From an uncultured Chromatiales bacterium (GTDB taxonomy: Bacteria > Pseudomonadota > Gammaproteobacteria > SZUA-140): a stretch of DNA of 64,000 nucleotides. A program made the position numbers and the translations under genes. The notes under the pieces were generated by a model that was given only the letters and a program-made list of their open reading frames with translations, searched no databases and was not told the origin of the DNA. Each line of letters begins with the position of its first letter. Positions within the stretch are counted from its first letter, which is position 1. Below are positions 17,174 to 29,429 of this stretch, piece after piece. The DNA lies in contig CAYTGL010000002.1 in NCBI GenBank assembly GCA_964437335.1, positions 66,734 through 130,733 of the forward strand. Direction: 5' to 3'.

Positions 17174-18663
17174 GCGGCACCTCCCTGCGCCAATGCCTTC
17201 GGGAGTTTCGCCGCGATCGACCCGATGTCTCCGGCGCCCATCGTCAGCAGGATATCCCCGTCGCGCAACCGACCGGCAAGCGCATGGATCAATTCCTCGG
17301 GATTCCCGACGAAGACGGGCTCGACCTTGCCGCGGGCGCGGATCGAGCGGCACAGACTGCGACTGTCGGCATTCGGGATCGCCGTCTCGCCCGCAGCATA
17401 GACCTCGAACAGCAGCAATTCATCGACGTCGGACAGCACCTGGCTGAAGTCGTCGAACAGATCCCGCGTGCGGGTATAACGATGCGGCTGGAATACGAGG
17501 ACCACGCGTCGCTCCGGCCAGCCGTCGCGCAATGCCTGTGTGACTGCGGCGATCTCGCGCGGGTGATGGCCGTAGTCGTCGATCATCAGCACGCGTCCTG
17601 CCGGCGTCGCGAGCTCGCCGTAACTCTGAAAGCGGCGACCAATACCGGCGAAGCACTCGAGCCCGCGCAGGACCGCGGCGTCCGGGATGCCGAGCGCATG
17701 AGCGACGGCAATCGCGGCGAGCGCGTTCTGAACGTTGTGCCGGCCGGCAAGATTCAGCCTGATGTCGAGTCCGCCGGCGGGGGCCGGGCGATCGACGACA
17801 AAGCGCGAGTTCGCCCCGGAATGCCGGATTTCACGGGCGCGGAAGTCGGCCTTTGCATCCAGTCCATAGGTGATGATCGGACGGGAGATCTCCGGGATCA
17901 GTTCACGGATCACCGGATCGTCGACGCAGACGACTGCAAGGCCGTAAAACGGCAGATGGTGCAGGAACTCGAGGAACGCGTGGCGCAGACGATTGAAATT
18001 GCCGCCGTAGGTCGCCATGTGGTCGGCATCGATATTGGTGACCACGGCAAGCAGCGGCTGCAGACGCAGAAACGAGGCGTCGCTCTCGTCGGCCTCGGCG
18101 ACGAGATAGCGACCGCTGCCGAGCCGCGCATTGCCGCCGGTGCTGTTGAGCCGGCCGCCGATCACGAAGGTCGGATCCAGCCCCGCTTCGGCGAGCAGGC
18201 TCGTGACCAGGCTGGTCACCGTGGTTTTGCCGTGAGTGCCGGCAACCGCGATGCCATAGCGAAAACGCATCAGTTCGGCGAGCATCTCCGCGCGCGGCAC
18301 GACCGGGATATGGTATGCGCGCGCGGCGACGATTTCCGGATTGTCGTCAGTGATCGCCGACGACATGACGACCACGTCGCAACCGGTGACTGCCGCCGCA
18401 TCGTGGCCGATCACGACGCGCACCCCGAGACCGCGCAGGCGACGCACCCCGGCGTTCTCGGCAATATCCGAGCCCGAGACTTCGTAGCCGAGATTCGACA
18501 GGACTTCCGCGATGCCGCTCATGCCGGCGCCGCCGATCCCGACCATATGGATGCGCCGGACGCGGCCCATGCGTACTTCGTCGCTCGCGGGTGCGCCGCT
18601 GACGCGGTCGTCGTCGCGTGCCGCGCGCAGTGATGATGCCGGCTGTGACTTGAACTCAGGCAT
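17170..18663 (-). CDS. murC: UDP-N-acetylmuramate--L-alanine ligase
   Basis: [20 protein letters not shown]... Start chosen at the ATG 2 nt after the murG stop; an internal start at ~18570 is possible. Confidence 0.93.
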
Positions 18664-19741
18664 GGGCCAGCTCCAGGCAATGACGCGCGACCTCGCCGGC
18701 GGCGTCCGGGCGCGCGAGCCGCCGCGCGGCCTGCGCCATCCCGAGCAGGCGGCCGCAGCCGTCATTACCAGTCAGGCGATCAAGATACTGCGCCAGCCGC
18801 TGCGACAGGCCTGCGCCTTCGGGCGCCAGCAGCGCCGCGCCGGCATCGACGAGCCAAGCCGCGTTGCGGGTCTGGTGATCATCTACCGCATGCGGGTATG
18901 GCACCAGGATCGCGCCGAGGCCCGCCGCAGTCAGTTCCGCGATCGTCAGCGCACCGGCGCGGCTGATCACGAGATCGGCCCAGGCATAGGCTGCGGCCAT
19001 GTCATCGATGAACGGCTCGACCTCGGCCGCCAGGGACCAGTCCGCATAGGCCCTGCGCACTTCCCCGTCGCGCCCCCGCCCGGCCTGGTGCCGGATCTGC
19101 GGACGCCGGGTCTCCGGCAGCGCTGCGATAGCAGCAGGCAAGGCGCCATTCAGACCGCGCGCGCCCTGGCTGCCGCCCAGCACGAGCAGGCGCAGGGGTC
19201 CGCTACGATCGGTGAAGCGCGCCTCCGGTGACGGCAGCGCGGCGATCGCGTCGCGCACCGGATTGCCGGTCACGACCGGCAGCAGGCGCGCCGGGATCGT
19301 CCCGGGGAATGCGATCAGAGTCCGGGTCGCTAATCGCGCGAGCCAGCGATTCGTCATCCCGGCGATCGCGTTTTGTTCATGAACCAGCAGGGGCTTGCGC
19401 AGCAGCCAGGTCACCAGGCCACCCGGGCCGGCGACGAATCCGCCCATGCCGAGGATCACCATCGGGCGAAAGCGCATGATGATCACCAGCGACTGCGCCA
19501 TCGCGAACAACAGCCGGAATGGCAGCAGCAGCCAGCCGATTACGCCCTTTCCGCGCAGGCCGCCGATCAATACGGTTTCGAGCGGGATCCCCGCGCGCGG
19601 GACGATACCGGCCTCGAGACCGTTCCGCGTGCCGAGCCACAGCACCTCGGCGCCCGCGGCGCGCAGGCGCTCGGCGACAGCCAGCGCCGGAAAGACGTGA
19701 CCGCCGGTGCCACCGGCCATGATCATCACGCGCGTCACCAT
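18656..19741 (-). CDS. murG: UDP-GlcNAc:undecaprenyl-PP-MurNAc-pentapeptide GlcNAc transferase
   Basis: [24 protein letters not shown]-terminus. The track ORF 18656..21139 is an in-frame read-through artefact. Confidence 0.93.
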   Translation of the reverse strand: MVTRVMIMAGGTGGHVFPALAVAERLRAAGAEVLWLGTRNGLEAGIVPRAGIPLETVLIGGLRGKGVIGWLLLPFRLLFAMAQSLVIIMRFRPMVILGMGGFVAGPGGLVTWLLRKPLLVHEQNAIAGMTNRWLARLATRTLIAFPGTIPARLLPVVTGNPVRDAIAALPSPEARFTDRSGPLRLLVLGGSQGARGLNGALPAAIAALPETRRPQIRHQAGRGRDGEVRRAYADWSLAAEVEPFIDDMAAAYAWADLVISRAGALTIAELTAAGLGAILVPYPHAVDDHQTRNAAWLVDAGAALLAPEGAGLSQRLAQYLDRLTGNDGCGRLLGMAQAARRLARPDAAGEVARHCLELAHA

Positions 19742-20967
19742 GCGTCCTCCCGATCCAGGCCGAGCCGCCGGAACAGCGTCATCCGGGTCTCGTGATCGAT
19801 CCGGAGCAGCAGGGCGATCGCGACGCAGGAGATGACCAGGCTGGTGCCGCCATAACTCATCAGCGGCAGGGTCAGGCCCTTGGTCGGCAGCAGGCCCATG
19901 TTGACGCCGATATTGATGAACGCCTGCAAGCCGATCCACACGCCGATACCATAGGCGAGCCCTGCTCCGAACTGCTTTTCCGCGCGCTCGGCGCGGCGTC
20001 CGATCATGAAGGCCCTGGCGATGATGAATGCGAACAGCAGGATGACCGCGAGCGAGCCGGCGAGGCCGAGCTCCTCGGCAAGAACCGCGAACAGGAAGTC
20101 GGTATGGGCCTCGGGAAGATAGAAAAGTTTCTGGATCGAGCTGCCGAGTCCGACGCCGAACCACTCGCCGCGGCCGAAGGCGATCAGGGCCTGGGTCAAC
20201 TGGAAACCACTCGCGAACGGATCCGCCCACGGATCGATGAAAGTCGTGATGCGCGCGAGCCGGTACGGTGACGACACCGCAAGCGCCGCGAGTGCGGACA
20301 GCACGATCGCGATCAGGATCACGAACTGGCGCAGACGCACGCCGCCGAGAAACATCATGCACGCCGTGGTGCCGGCCAGTACCGCCGCAGTACCGAAGTC
20401 GGGCTGAAGGAGCAATAGCGCGCACATCAACGCAACGATGAGCATCGGTTTCGCGAAGCCGCTGACTGCGTTCCTGACCTCTTCTCCGCGCCGCACCAGA
20501 TAGGCGGAGAGGTACAGGATCATACACAACTTCGCGAGTTCCGCCGGCTGCACGTTGACCGGGCCGAATGACAGCCAGCGGGTGCTGCCGTTGACCTCCC
20601 TGCCGACGCCCGGCACCAGCACCAGGACCAGCAGGCCCAGCGCCAGCAACAGCAGCATTCCGCTGTAGCGCTGCAATATCTCGAGCGGCAGTCGCAGTAC
20701 GATAAAGGCCGCCAGCAGGCCAATGCCGGCGAACAGCGACTGGCGCATCAGGAAATGCCAGGGCTGCCCGATGGCGCGGTCCGCGATCGCGAACGACGCC
20801 GAGGCCATCATGACGAGACCAAGGCCAAGCAGTGTCAGCGCCGCCCACATCAGGGCCTTGTCGATGATCAGCGCCTCGGCGATCGGAGCGCGCGGCTTCG
20901 CGCGATTCAGGGTCGCGGGGATCCTCGTGCTCATGGCGCCAGTCCCCGGAACATGTCGACGAAGCAA
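19735..20967 (-). CDS. ftsW: Peptidoglycan glycosyltransferase FtsW (SEDS family)
   Basis: 410 aa polytopic SEDS protein in the canonical dcw position. Confidence 0.93.
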   Translation of the reverse strand: MLRRHVPGTGAMSTRIPATLNRAKPRAPIAEALIIDKALMWAALTLLGLGLVMMASASFAIADRAIGQPWHFLMRQSLFAGIGLLAAFIVLRLPLEILQRYSGMLLLLALGLLVLVLVPGVGREVNGSTRWLSFGPVNVQPAELAKLCMILYLSAYLVRRGEEVRNAVSGFAKPMLIVALMCALLLLQPDFGTAAVLAGTTACMMFLGGVRLRQFVILIAIVLSALAALAVSSPYRLARITTFIDPWADPFASGFQLTQALIAFGRGEWFGVGLGSSIQKLFYLPEAHTDFLFAVLAEELGLAGSLAVILLFAFIIARAFMIGRRAERAEKQFGAGLAYGIGVWIGLQAFINIGVNMGLLPTKGLTLPLMSYGGTSLVISCVAIALLLRIDHETRMTLFRRLGLDREDAW

Positions 20968-22346
20968 CGTCCGCGCTCTTCATAGTTGCTGAACATGTCG
21001 AAGCTCGCGCAGGCCGGTGACAGCAGTACACTGTCGCCGGGTTCGGCGAGTTGCGCCGCGCGCTCGACCGCCGCGCGCAGGTTAGGCGCATGTTCGGGCA
21101 CGACTGCGCCTGCCAGGGCCTGCTCGATGCGGCCGGCATCCGCGCCGATCAGCACGACCGCACGCGCCTTGCCGACCAGCGCGTCCCGCAACGGCGAAAA
21201 GTCCTGGCCCTTGCCGACACCGCCGGCGATCAGCACCACCTTGCCATCGAGGCCTTCAATCGCCGCCAGCGTCGCGCCGACATTGGTGCCCTTCGAATCG
21301 TTGTACCAGGCAACGCCACGGCGCTCGCCAAGCCACTGGGTGCGATGCGGCAGTCCCGGGAAATAGCGCAGTGCGCCCAGCATCGCGTCCAGCGGCAAGC
21401 CCGCCGCCGAACCGAGTCCCAGCGCCGCAAGCGCGTTGACGGCATTGTGCCGGCCGCGGAGATGCATCTCCGCGGCCGGCATCAGCAGCGCGCCGCCCCG
21501 GGCCAGCCAGGTCGCCCCGCCCTGCATTACAAGGCCGTATTCCATGTCGCCCGGCGGCGCACCGGCACCGAATGTCACGCGATCGCCGTCTCCCGGAATA
21601 TCGCCGCTGACCGCGGGATCGTCGCGATTGACGACACGCACGCACTGCCCGCGGTAGATGCGCAGTTTCGCCGCCAGATATTCATCCAGGTCGAGATAGC
21701 GGTCGAGATGGTCCGGAGAGATGTTCAGGATCGTTGCTGCGCGAGCCTCGAGACTGAAGGTGGTCTCGAGCTGGAAACTCGAAAGCTCGAGGACATACAG
21801 ATCCGGCGCTCCGTCCCCGAGCAGATTGAGTGCCGGCGTGCCGATATTGCCGCCGACGCGAACCTCGCGTCCGGCGGCGCGCGCCATTTCGCCGACCAGC
21901 GCGGTCACGGTGCTTTTGCCGTTCGAGCCGGTGATCGCAATCACCGGCGCATCGGCGCAGCGCGCGAACAATTCGATGTCGCCGATGATCGGGCGGCCGA
22001 GGCGACGCGCCCGGTCGAGGCAGGGATGGCGCAGCGAAAGACCCGGGCTGACGACGACCTGGTCGCAATGGTCGATCGCATCCATCGAGAAACCATCGAC
22101 GAACAACGGTACGTCGGGCAGCTCGCGACGCGCCGCCTCGAGCTGCGGCGGGGCCGCGCGACTGTCGGTCACCGCAACCTCCAGACCGAGATGGTGCAGG
22201 AAGCGCGCGCACGAAAAACCAGTCATGCCCAAGCCGATGACCAAGGTCCGGCCGGCAATTCCGAGCCGGGCGCGCAGAGCCGCCGTCGAGGGGATTTGGC
22301 CGCTCATGTCGATCGTCCTGTGTTCAGCGCCGCGTACCTCCATCAT
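20931..22346 (-). CDS. murD: UDP-N-acetylmuramoylalanine--D-glutamate ligase
   Basis: Mur ligase motifs. Start set at the ATGATGA overlap with the mraY stop; alternative ATG at 22307. Confidence 0.9.
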   Translation of the reverse strand: MMEVRGAEHRTIDMSGQIPSTAALRARLGIAGRTLVIGLGMTGFSCARFLHHLGLEVAVTDSRAAPPQLEAARRELPDVPLFVDGFSMDAIDHCDQVVVSPGLSLRHPCLDRARRLGRPIIGDIELFARCADAPVIAITGSNGKSTVTALVGEMARAAGREVRVGGNIGTPALNLLGDGAPDLYVLELSSFQLETTFSLEARAATILNISPDHLDRYLDLDEYLAAKLRIYRGQCVRVVNRDDPAVSGDIPGDGDRVTFGAGAPPGDMEYGLVMQGGATWLARGGALLMPAAEMHLRGRHNAVNALAALGLGSAAGLPLDAMLGALRYFPGLPHRTQWLGERRGVAWYNDSKGTNVGATLAAIEGLDGKVVLIAGGVGKGQDFSPLRDALVGKARAVVLIGADAGRIEQALAGAVVPEHAPNLRAAVERAAQLAEPGDSVLLSPACASFDMFSNYEERGRCFVDMFRGLAP

Positions 22347-23425
22347 CGAATCTTCAAGCTCGCCAGTCCGATCAACACCAGGATCACCGTGATGATCCAG
22401 AAGCGCACAATGACCCGGGGTTCGGGCCACCCCTTGAGCTCGAAATGGTGATGCAGCGGCGCCATCCGGAAGACGCGCCGCCCGGTCAGCTTGAAGGACA
22501 CGACCTGGACGATCACCGACAACGTCTCGACGACGAACACGCCGCCCATGATTATCAGAACAACCTCCTGGCGCACGACGACCGCAAGTATGCCCAGCGC
22601 CGCCCCGAGCGCGAGCGCCCCGATATCACCCATGAAAACCTGGGCCGGATGCGTGTTGAACCAGAGAAAGCCGAGTCCGGCGCCGGCAATCGCGCCGCAG
22701 AACACGACCATCTCACCGACACCTGGCACATAGGGAATGCCGAGATACTCCGAGAATCGCGCGTGACCGGTCGCATAGGCAATGATGCCGAGCGCGCCTG
22801 CGACCATGACGGCCGGCAGGATCGCGAGCCCGTCGAGGCCGTCGGTCAGGTTGACTGCATTGCTCGCACCGACGATGACCAGGCAGGCGAACGGAACGAA
22901 CCACCAGCCGATGTCGATGACGACATCCTTGAAGAACGGTACGATGAACTGGGTCTCGATCGGCGTCTGCGCGCTCGAGTACAGGTAATACGCCGCGCAC
23001 ATGCCGATCAGCGTCTGCCAAATCAGCTTCGAGCGCGCGGACAACCCCCTTGAATCACCGATGATGAGCTTGCGATAGTCGTCGACCCAGCCTATCGCGC
23101 CGAACAGCATCGTGACGATCAGCACGACCCAGATATGGCGATTCGAAAGATCCGCCCACAGCAGCGTGCTGATGCCAATGCCGACCAGGATCATCGAACC
23201 GCCCATCGTCGGCGTGCCGGCCTTGCTGAGGTGCGTGCTCGGACCATCCTTGCGCACTGTCTGGCCAATCTGGTACTGACTCAGCTTGCGGATGATCACC
23301 GGACCGACGACAAAGGAGATGATCAGCGCGGTCAGCACACCGAGGATCGAACGCAAGGTCAGATAATTGAATACATTGAACCCGGTGTGGATCTGGGTCA
23401 GGTAGTCGGTGAGCCAGAGCAGCAT
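22343..23425 (-). CDS. mraY: Phospho-N-acetylmuramoyl-pentapeptide transferase
   Basis: 360 aa, [11 protein letters not shown]... Confidence 0.97.
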   Translation of the reverse strand: MLLWLTDYLTQIHTGFNVFNYLTLRSILGVLTALIISFVVGPVIIRKLSQYQIGQTVRKDGPSTHLSKAGTPTMGGSMILVGIGISTLLWADLSNRHIWVVLIVTMLFGAIGWVDDYRKLIIGDSRGLSARSKLIWQTLIGMCAAYYLYSSAQTPIETQFIVPFFKDVVIDIGWWFVPFACLVIVGASNAVNLTDGLDGLAILPAVMVAGALGIIAYATGHARFSEYLGIPYVPGVGEMVVFCGAIAGAGLGFLWFNTHPAQVFMGDIGALALGAALGILAVVVRQEVVLIIMGGVFVVETLSVIVQVVSFKLTGRRVFRMAPLHHHFELKGWPEPRVIVRFWIITVILVLIGLASLKIR

Positions 23426-23426
23426 C

Positions 23427-24869
23427 TCAGCCTCCGGCCCGCATTTCGTGGGTGTACGCCTTGCTGCCGGCGCCCGCCGCGCCCGCGGTCAACGCGTCGA
23501 CGACGCGCTCCATGCGCGTGAAGCGCGAGCCCTTGACCAGCACGGTCGCCATCGCTGTGCCGGCGAGATCCGCGCGCAGCGCGGCGATCAAGGCCTCCTG
23601 GCTGTCGAAATGACGCGCGCCGTTGCCAAAGATACCGGCTGCGACGCTGGCCAGTTCGCCGACCGCGTAGATGCGGCTGACCCCGACCACCCGGGCCTGG
23701 CGTCCGATCTGTTCATGCAGCGCGCGGGCCGCATTACCGAGTTCGCCCATGTCACCGAGCACAAGCAGCTTATCGCCGCTGCCGCCGCAGGTCGCGAGCA
23801 CTTCGAGCGCGGCCTTGACTGAACCCGGGTTCGCATTATAGGTATCGTCAATGATCCGGATGCCGCCGATCCCGGGCTTGATCTGCAGGCGACCGGCAAC
23901 CGGGCGCATTGATGCGAGGCCGCGCACGATCTGCGCCAGTGACATCCCGAGCGCATGCGCCATCGCCGCCGCCGCCAATGCATTCATGACGTTGTGACGA
24001 CCCGGCAGTTGCAGATCGACTGCCGCGCGCCCGTCGGGCATACAGAGATCGAACGAGCACCCCGGGGCGTCGTTCGGCCGTACCGCCTGCGCCGTCACAT
24101 CGGCCGGGTGACGCATGCCAAAACTGACAATACGGCGCGCGCCGGCCATGACCTGCCACAGGCCGACCCGCGGGTCGTCGTGATTCATGACCGCGACGCC
24201 GTTTCCCGCCAGTCCTGCGAAAATTTCGCCCTTCGCGCGCGCGACGCCGGCGATGTCGCCGAAGCCCGCGAGATGCGCAGGCGCCGCGTTCGTGATCGCG
24301 GTGACGCTCGGCGTTGCGAGACTGACGAGATAGGCGATATCACCGGGCTTGCGCGCGCCCATTTCGATGACCGCGAAGCGATCACCGGGAGTCAACTTGA
24401 GCAGTGTCAGCGGAGCGCCGATTTCGTTGTTGAGATTCCCGCGGGTCACGACGCCCGGACCAAGCGCAGACAGGATGCCGGCGAGCATTTCCTTGACCGT
24501 GGTCTTCCCGTTGCTGCCGGTGATCCCGGCGACCGGGATGTCGAAACGGCTGCGCCACCAGGCCGCGAGTCGGCCCAGCGCAAGGCGGGTGTCGTCAACC
24601 CGCACAGCGGGCACATCGACGGCGACGTCCCGGTCGACGACGACCGCTACCGCGCCGGCGGCAACGGCCTCTGCGATGAACGCATGCGCATCGAAACGGT
24701 CGCCGCGCAGCGCGAAAAACAGGTCGCCAGGCGTGATCTCGCGAGTATCGGTCGACAGGGATCGCACACGCCTGTCCTCACCGCTCAGCCGGCCGGAGAC
24801 GGCGCCGGCGAGTTCCGACAGCCTCAAACCGCCGGCCAGTGTGACGCTCCGGGACGTCGCAACGCTCAT
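23427..24869 (-). CDS. murF: UDP-MurNAc-tripeptide--D-alanyl-D-alanine ligase
   Basis: 480 aa Mur ligase, [10 protein letters not shown]. Confidence 0.95.
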   Translation of the reverse strand: MSVATSRSVTLAGGLRLSELAGAVSGRLSGEDRRVRSLSTDTREITPGDLFFALRGDRFDAHAFIAEAVAAGAVAVVVDRDVAVDVPAVRVDDTRLALGRLAAWWRSRFDIPVAGITGSNGKTTVKEMLAGILSALGPGVVTRGNLNNEIGAPLTLLKLTPGDRFAVIEMGARKPGDIAYLVSLATPSVTAITNAAPAHLAGFGDIAGVARAKGEIFAGLAGNGVAVMNHDDPRVGLWQVMAGARRIVSFGMRHPADVTAQAVRPNDAPGCSFDLCMPDGRAAVDLQLPGRHNVMNALAAAAMAHALGMSLAQIVRGLASMRPVAGRLQIKPGIGGIRIIDDTYNANPGSVKAALEVLATCGGSGDKLLVLGDMGELGNAARALHEQIGRQARVVGVSRIYAVGELASVAAGIFGNGARHFDSQEALIAALRADLAGTAMATVLVKGSRFTRMERVVDALTAGAAGAGSKAYTHEMRAGG

Positions 24870-26431
24870 TGCTTGCGCTCTCCGAGTGCCGCAGAAACCT
24901 GTTCCTGATCGCTGAACGACAGGCGCCGTTCCCCGACGATCTGGTAATTTTCGTGTCCCTTGCCGGCGATCAGCACGACATCGTTGGCCCCGGCCATGGC
25001 GATCGCGCCGCGGATCGCGGCGGCGCGGTCCGGGACGACCTCGACCGCATCCGGATACTCGATGCCGGCGCGGATTGCGGCGATGATCGCATCCGGATCC
25101 TCGTCGCGCGGGTTATCGCTGGTCACTACGATGCGATCCGCCAGTCGCGCCGCGATCGCGCCCATCAGCGGCCGCTTGGTCTGGTCGCGGTTGCCGCCGC
25201 AACCGAATACGCACCACAACCGACCCTTGCAATGCGGGCGCAAGGCCGCGAGCGCCTCATTGAGGGCGTCCGGGGTATGGGCGTAATCGACGATGACCAG
25301 CGGCAGCCTGTTCACCCCGCCGAAGCGCTCCATGCGTCCGGATACCGGGCGAACCACCGACAGCCTTCCGAGTGCTTCGTCGAACGGGATGTCCATCATC
25401 AATAACGCCGACAGCACCGCGAGCAGGTTCTGCGCATTGAAGCTGCCAAGCAGCGGCGCCTCGAGACGTCCCGCGCCCCAGCTCGACTCGATATCGAGTA
25501 TCAGGCCGCTAGCCGACAGCGCGACATTGACGGCATCGATATGAAACTGGGCATCGAGTCCCGCATTGAAACCTGAATTGAGTTTGGCGGCCGGATCTCC
25601 GAGGCCATACGCGACGCAGCGGATACCCGGCGCGAGATTGCCCACCAGCTCACGGCCGAAGGGATCGTCACGGTTCAGTGCCGCAAAGCGCAGTCCCGGC
25701 ATCGTGAAGAGCTTTTTCTTGGCCAGTCCGTAGGCAGCCAGATCGGCATGATAGTCAAGGTGATCGTGACTGAGGTTTGTGAACACCGCGCCGGTGAACA
25801 GGGTGCCGGCCGTACGGTGCTGCTCGAGGGCGTGTGACGACACCTCGATGACGACATGACCGACGCCGGCATCGCGCAATTTCGCGAGTTCCGCCTGCAG
25901 CGTTAACGCATCCGGTGTCGTATGCAGGCCGGGACGCAGCGCGCCCGGCTCGCCATAGCCCAACGTCCCGATCAGGCCGCAGCGATCGCCGCCGGCGGCC
26001 AGCGCATGCGCGAGATAATGGGAACAGGATGTCTTGCCGTTGGTCCCGGTGATGCCGATCACGGTCATGTCACGGGACGGTTCCCCGTGGAAACGGGCGG
26101 CGATCGGTCCCATCCTTTCGCGAAGCCCGCGAATCGCGATCGTCGGTATGGCCTGTCCTGCGCCCGTACGGTCGTCGCCGACCGCAGGATCCCCGGCATC
26201 AACCAGCACCGCGGCTGCACCGGCGGCGATCGCTTCGGCGATGAACGCAGATCCACTCGTGCGGGTGCCGGCGCAGGCGAAAAACAGGTCGCCTGGCGTC
26301 ACCCGCCGGCTGTCGAGCGCAAGTCCGCCGATCTCGCGATCCTCGCTCGGGGTGATTTCAGCGAAATCGCGCAGCAGACCGGACAGGCGCCGGATACCCG
26401 GCGCCGCGGGCGTCTGGCGGACGGTCATCAC
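24866..26431 (-). CDS. murE: UDP-MurNAc-L-Ala-D-Glu--2,6-diaminopimelate ligase
   Basis: 521 aa, GITGTNGKTS and the DNPR motif. Confidence 0.95.
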   Translation of the reverse strand: MMTVRQTPAAPGIRRLSGLLRDFAEITPSEDREIGGLALDSRRVTPGDLFFACAGTRTSGSAFIAEAIAAGAAAVLVDAGDPAVGDDRTGAGQAIPTIAIRGLRERMGPIAARFHGEPSRDMTVIGITGTNGKTSCSHYLAHALAAGGDRCGLIGTLGYGEPGALRPGLHTTPDALTLQAELAKLRDAGVGHVVIEVSSHALEQHRTAGTLFTGAVFTNLSHDHLDYHADLAAYGLAKKKLFTMPGLRFAALNRDDPFGRELVGNLAPGIRCVAYGLGDPAAKLNSGFNAGLDAQFHIDAVNVALSASGLILDIESSWGAGRLEAPLLGSFNAQNLLAVLSALLMMDIPFDEALGRLSVVRPVSGRMERFGGVNRLPLVIVDYAHTPDALNEALAALRPHCKGRLWCVFGCGGNRDQTKRPLMGAIAARLADRIVVTSDNPRDEDPDAIIAAIRAGIEYPDAVEVVPDRAAAIRGAIAMAGANDVVLIAGKGHENYQIVGERRLSFSDQEQVSAALGERKQ

Positions 26432-28224
26432 AGAACCTCCTTGCCGACGACCAGGCTTGAGGCCGGGATCGGCTCGGCGGCATTGACGCGAGCGGCGTCG
26501 AGCGATAGCGCATTGCCCCCCGCGGGACGCGGAGCTTCCGCCTGCAATCGACGCGACGGTACATCATCCGGTGTAACGCCGAGCATGCGCAACGCGCCGG
26601 TCATGACCTTCGAGAACACCGGGGCCGCGACCCGGCCGCCATAATACTCTTCTCCCTCGGGCTTGTTGATCACGACGACCATCGCGAGGCGCGGATCAGT
26701 GACCGGCGCGACGCCGGCGAACAGCGAGATATACCGGTCTTCGGTATAACCCCGGGCGCCGACCGCCATGACCGTGCCGGTTTTTCCGGCGACGCGGTAA
26801 CCGGACACCCGCGCCAGCAGGCCTGTGCCCTGTGCAGAGATTACCGATTCCATCATGCGCAGCACTTCTTCGGCAGTCCGGGGACTCATTGCTTGCGTGA
26901 CCCGTAACGCTTCTTCGCTCACGACGAAACTCGCCGGCTTGAAGCGACCGTGATCGCCAAGCACCGCATAGGCCTGGGCAAGCTGTAATGGCGTCACCGA
27001 CAGGCCGTAGCCGAAGGACAGCGTCGCGCGTTCGAGTTCGCGCCAGCGGCTGTAATGCGACAGCGTGCCGACGGCCTCGCCCGGGAATCCGGTACCCGAC
27101 AGCTCGCCGAAGCCGATCTCCGAGAACATGCGCCACATGCGCTCCGGCGGCAGCGCAAGCGCGATTTTCGTCATGCCGACGTTGCTCGACTTCTGGATGA
27201 CGGTCGTCAGATTGATCGCGCCGTAATTCGACAGATCGCGCACCGTGCCGTTGCCGACGCGGAGGAAACCAGGGGCGGTATTGATCAGGGATTCCGGACG
27301 GTGGCTGCCGGCATCGAGCGCTGCCGCGATCGTGAACGGCTTCGCAGTCGAGCCGGGCTCGATCAGATCCGTCACCGCGCGATTGCGGAACGCGTCGGCG
27401 CGGATATTGCCGCGGTTGTTCGGATTGAACGACGGCTGATTCGCCATCGCGACCACCTCACCGGTACGCACGTCGATGACCACGACGGATCCGGATTCGG
27501 CGCGGTGTAACTGCACCGCGGTCTTCAGTTCACGATAAGCGAGATACTGGATGCGGCGGTCGATGCTGAGCTTGAGGTCCTGACCGGGTTCCGGCTCCTT
27601 GATGCCGGCGACGTCCTCGACGATGCGGCCGTAACGATCCTTGAGGACCCATTTCGAGCCGGTGTGTCCCTGCAGCCAGCGGTCATAGGCGAGCTCGATT
27701 CCCTCCTGTCCCTGGTCATCGATATTGGTCAGACCGACGAGATGCGCGGCGACCTCGCCTTCCGGATAATAGCGGCGATATTCGCGTTGCAGCGACACCC
27801 CGCGCAAGCCGAGCGCCATGACCCGCTCCGCAACCGGCGGATCGACATGTCGTCTCAGATAAACGAATTCACGTCCGGCGCGCTGCTCTATCCGCGCCCG
27901 CAGGTCGCTTGCCCCGACGCCGAGCGCGGCAGCCAGTTCGGGCCAGTGCTCGCGCGACTCGAGCAGTTCCTGCGGATTGCCCCAGATCGAATCGACCGGA
28001 ATGCTGACCGCGAGCGGGTCGCCATTACGATCAGTGATCATGCCACGATGGGCCGGCATGACCTGGGCGCGCAGGTGGCGCGCGTCGCCCTGGTCCTGCA
28101 GGAAGGCCCGGTTCATTACCTGCAGATCGAGCGCCCGCCAGCCGAGCGTGCCGGTCGCGATGACCAGAACGGTCAGCACCAGCCCCAGGCGAAACGGGTG
28201 TATGAGTCCGCTGTCTCTGCTCAT
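26428..28224 (-). CDS. ftsI: Peptidoglycan D,D-transpeptidase FtsI (PBP3)
   Basis: 598 aa with the STAKP (SxxK) transpeptidase motif. Confidence 0.95.
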   Translation of the reverse strand: MSRDSGLIHPFRLGLVLTVLVIATGTLGWRALDLQVMNRAFLQDQGDARHLRAQVMPAHRGMITDRNGDPLAVSIPVDSIWGNPQELLESREHWPELAAALGVGASDLRARIEQRAGREFVYLRRHVDPPVAERVMALGLRGVSLQREYRRYYPEGEVAAHLVGLTNIDDQGQEGIELAYDRWLQGHTGSKWVLKDRYGRIVEDVAGIKEPEPGQDLKLSIDRRIQYLAYRELKTAVQLHRAESGSVVVIDVRTGEVVAMANQPSFNPNNRGNIRADAFRNRAVTDLIEPGSTAKPFTIAAALDAGSHRPESLINTAPGFLRVGNGTVRDLSNYGAINLTTVIQKSSNVGMTKIALALPPERMWRMFSEIGFGELSGTGFPGEAVGTLSHYSRWRELERATLSFGYGLSVTPLQLAQAYAVLGDHGRFKPASFVVSEEALRVTQAMSPRTAEEVLRMMESVISAQGTGLLARVSGYRVAGKTGTVMAVGARGYTEDRYISLFAGVAPVTDPRLAMVVVINKPEGEEYYGGRVAAPVFSKVMTGALRMLGVTPDDVPSRRLQAEAPRPAGGNALSLDAARVNAAEPIPASSLVVGKEVL

Positions 28225-28490
28225 GGGCGGACGATAACGATCCGTTCGGCGGGCGGGAGCGTCATATCAAGACGGTCGCGCGCGATACGCTCGACCCGGG
28301 TCGGCGTCGCCCAGGCCGCCTGCTCCAGCGTCAGCTTGCCCCATTCGGTGTTCAGGTCATCGCGCTCCGCCTTGAGCGCCTCGAGCTCGATGAAACGCTG
28401 GCGGTTTTCATGCTTGGTGGTGACAACGCCAAGCGCCGACGCGAACACGCAGACGGCCAGCACCAGCACCACGCCCTGATGAGCGGTCAT
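28221..28490 (-). CDS. ftsL: Cell division protein FtsL
   Basis: 89 aa, single TM plus coiled coil, between rsmH and ftsI. Confidence 0.9.
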   Translation of the reverse strand: MTAHQGVVLVLAVCVFASALGVVTTKHENRQRFIELEALKAERDDLNTEWGKLTLEQAAWATPTRVERIARDRLDMTLPPAERIVIVRP

Positions 28491-29425
28491 TGCAGCTTCT
28501 CCGCGACCCGCAACACCGCGCTGCGCGCCCGCGGATTACGCTCGATTTCGGCGGCGCCGGGATGAATCGCCTTGCCGATCGCGCGCAGGCGCGGGCGGCG
28601 GGCGGTATCGGGGATCGGCATCCCGCGCGGGAATTCGTCGCCACGCGCCTGTCGCCGGATAAAACGCTTGACGATGCGATCCTCGAGCGAGTGAAAGCTG
28701 ATCACCGCGAGGCGTCCACCCGCCCCGAGCAGATCGATCACCTCATCGAGGCATTGTTTGAGGGCTTCGAGCTCATGATTGATGTGGATACGTATCGCCT
28801 GGAAGGTACGCGTCGCCGGATCCTTGCCGGGCTCGCGGGACGGGTTTGCGCGCGCGACGACGGAACGCAGATGCGCTGTCGTCCGCAGCGGCTGTTGCTG
28901 ACGCTCGGCGACAATCGCACGCGCGACGCGCTTCGCAAAACGCTCTTCGCCGTATTCGCGCAGCACCTGCGCGATCTCGGCCTCACGTGCATGCGCAAGC
29001 CAGTCTGCCGCCGACTCGCCGGCGCCGGGATCCATGCGCATGTCGAGCGGACCGTCGCGCATGAAGCTGAAGCCCCTGCGCGGGTCATCGAGTTGCGTCG
29101 ACGAAACCCCGAGATCCATCAATACACCGTTAACCTGTCCCGTAATTCCCAGTTCCGCGGCCACCGCCGCAGCACCTGCAAACGAACCGTGTCGCACGGT
29201 GACGCGCGCATCGGTCCCGAAGCGTCCCCGCGCGGCCGCGATCGCCTCGGGATCCTGATCCATGACGACGAGACGCCCCGCGGGCCCCAGTCGTTCCAGT
29301 ATCGCCGCGGCATGGCCGCCCCGACCGTAGGTCAGGTCCATGCAGAGGCCGCCGGGGACGACCGCCAGCGCCTCAAGTGCCTCGTATAACAGAACGGGGC
29401 GATGCAGCTCCGCTTCGACAACCAT
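28487..29425 (-). CDS. rsmH: 16S rRNA (cytosine1402-N4)-methyltransferase
   Basis: Start taken at MVVEAELHRPVLLYEALEAL, just after the mraZ stop. Confidence 0.93.
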   Translation of the reverse strand: MVVEAELHRPVLLYEALEALAVVPGGLCMDLTYGRGGHAAAILERLGPAGRLVVMDQDPEAIAAARGRFGTDARVTVRHGSFAGAAAVAAELGITGQVNGVLMDLGVSSTQLDDPRRGFSFMRDGPLDMRMDPGAGESAADWLAHAREAEIAQVLREYGEERFAKRVARAIVAERQQQPLRTTAHLRSVVARANPSREPGKDPATRTFQAIRIHINHELEALKQCLDEVIDLLGAGGRLAVISFHSLEDRIVKRFIRRQARGDEFPRGMPIPDTARRPRLRAIGKAIHPGAAEIERNPRARSAVLRVAEKLQ

Positions 29426-29429
29426 CGCG

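Noticed and set aside
18656-21139. 827-aa ORF spanning murG and running antisense/out of frame through ftsW
   Set aside because: In-frame upstream extension of murG lacking a stop. The true murG start ([15 protein letters not shown]) is at 19741, and ftsW occupies the region in another frame.
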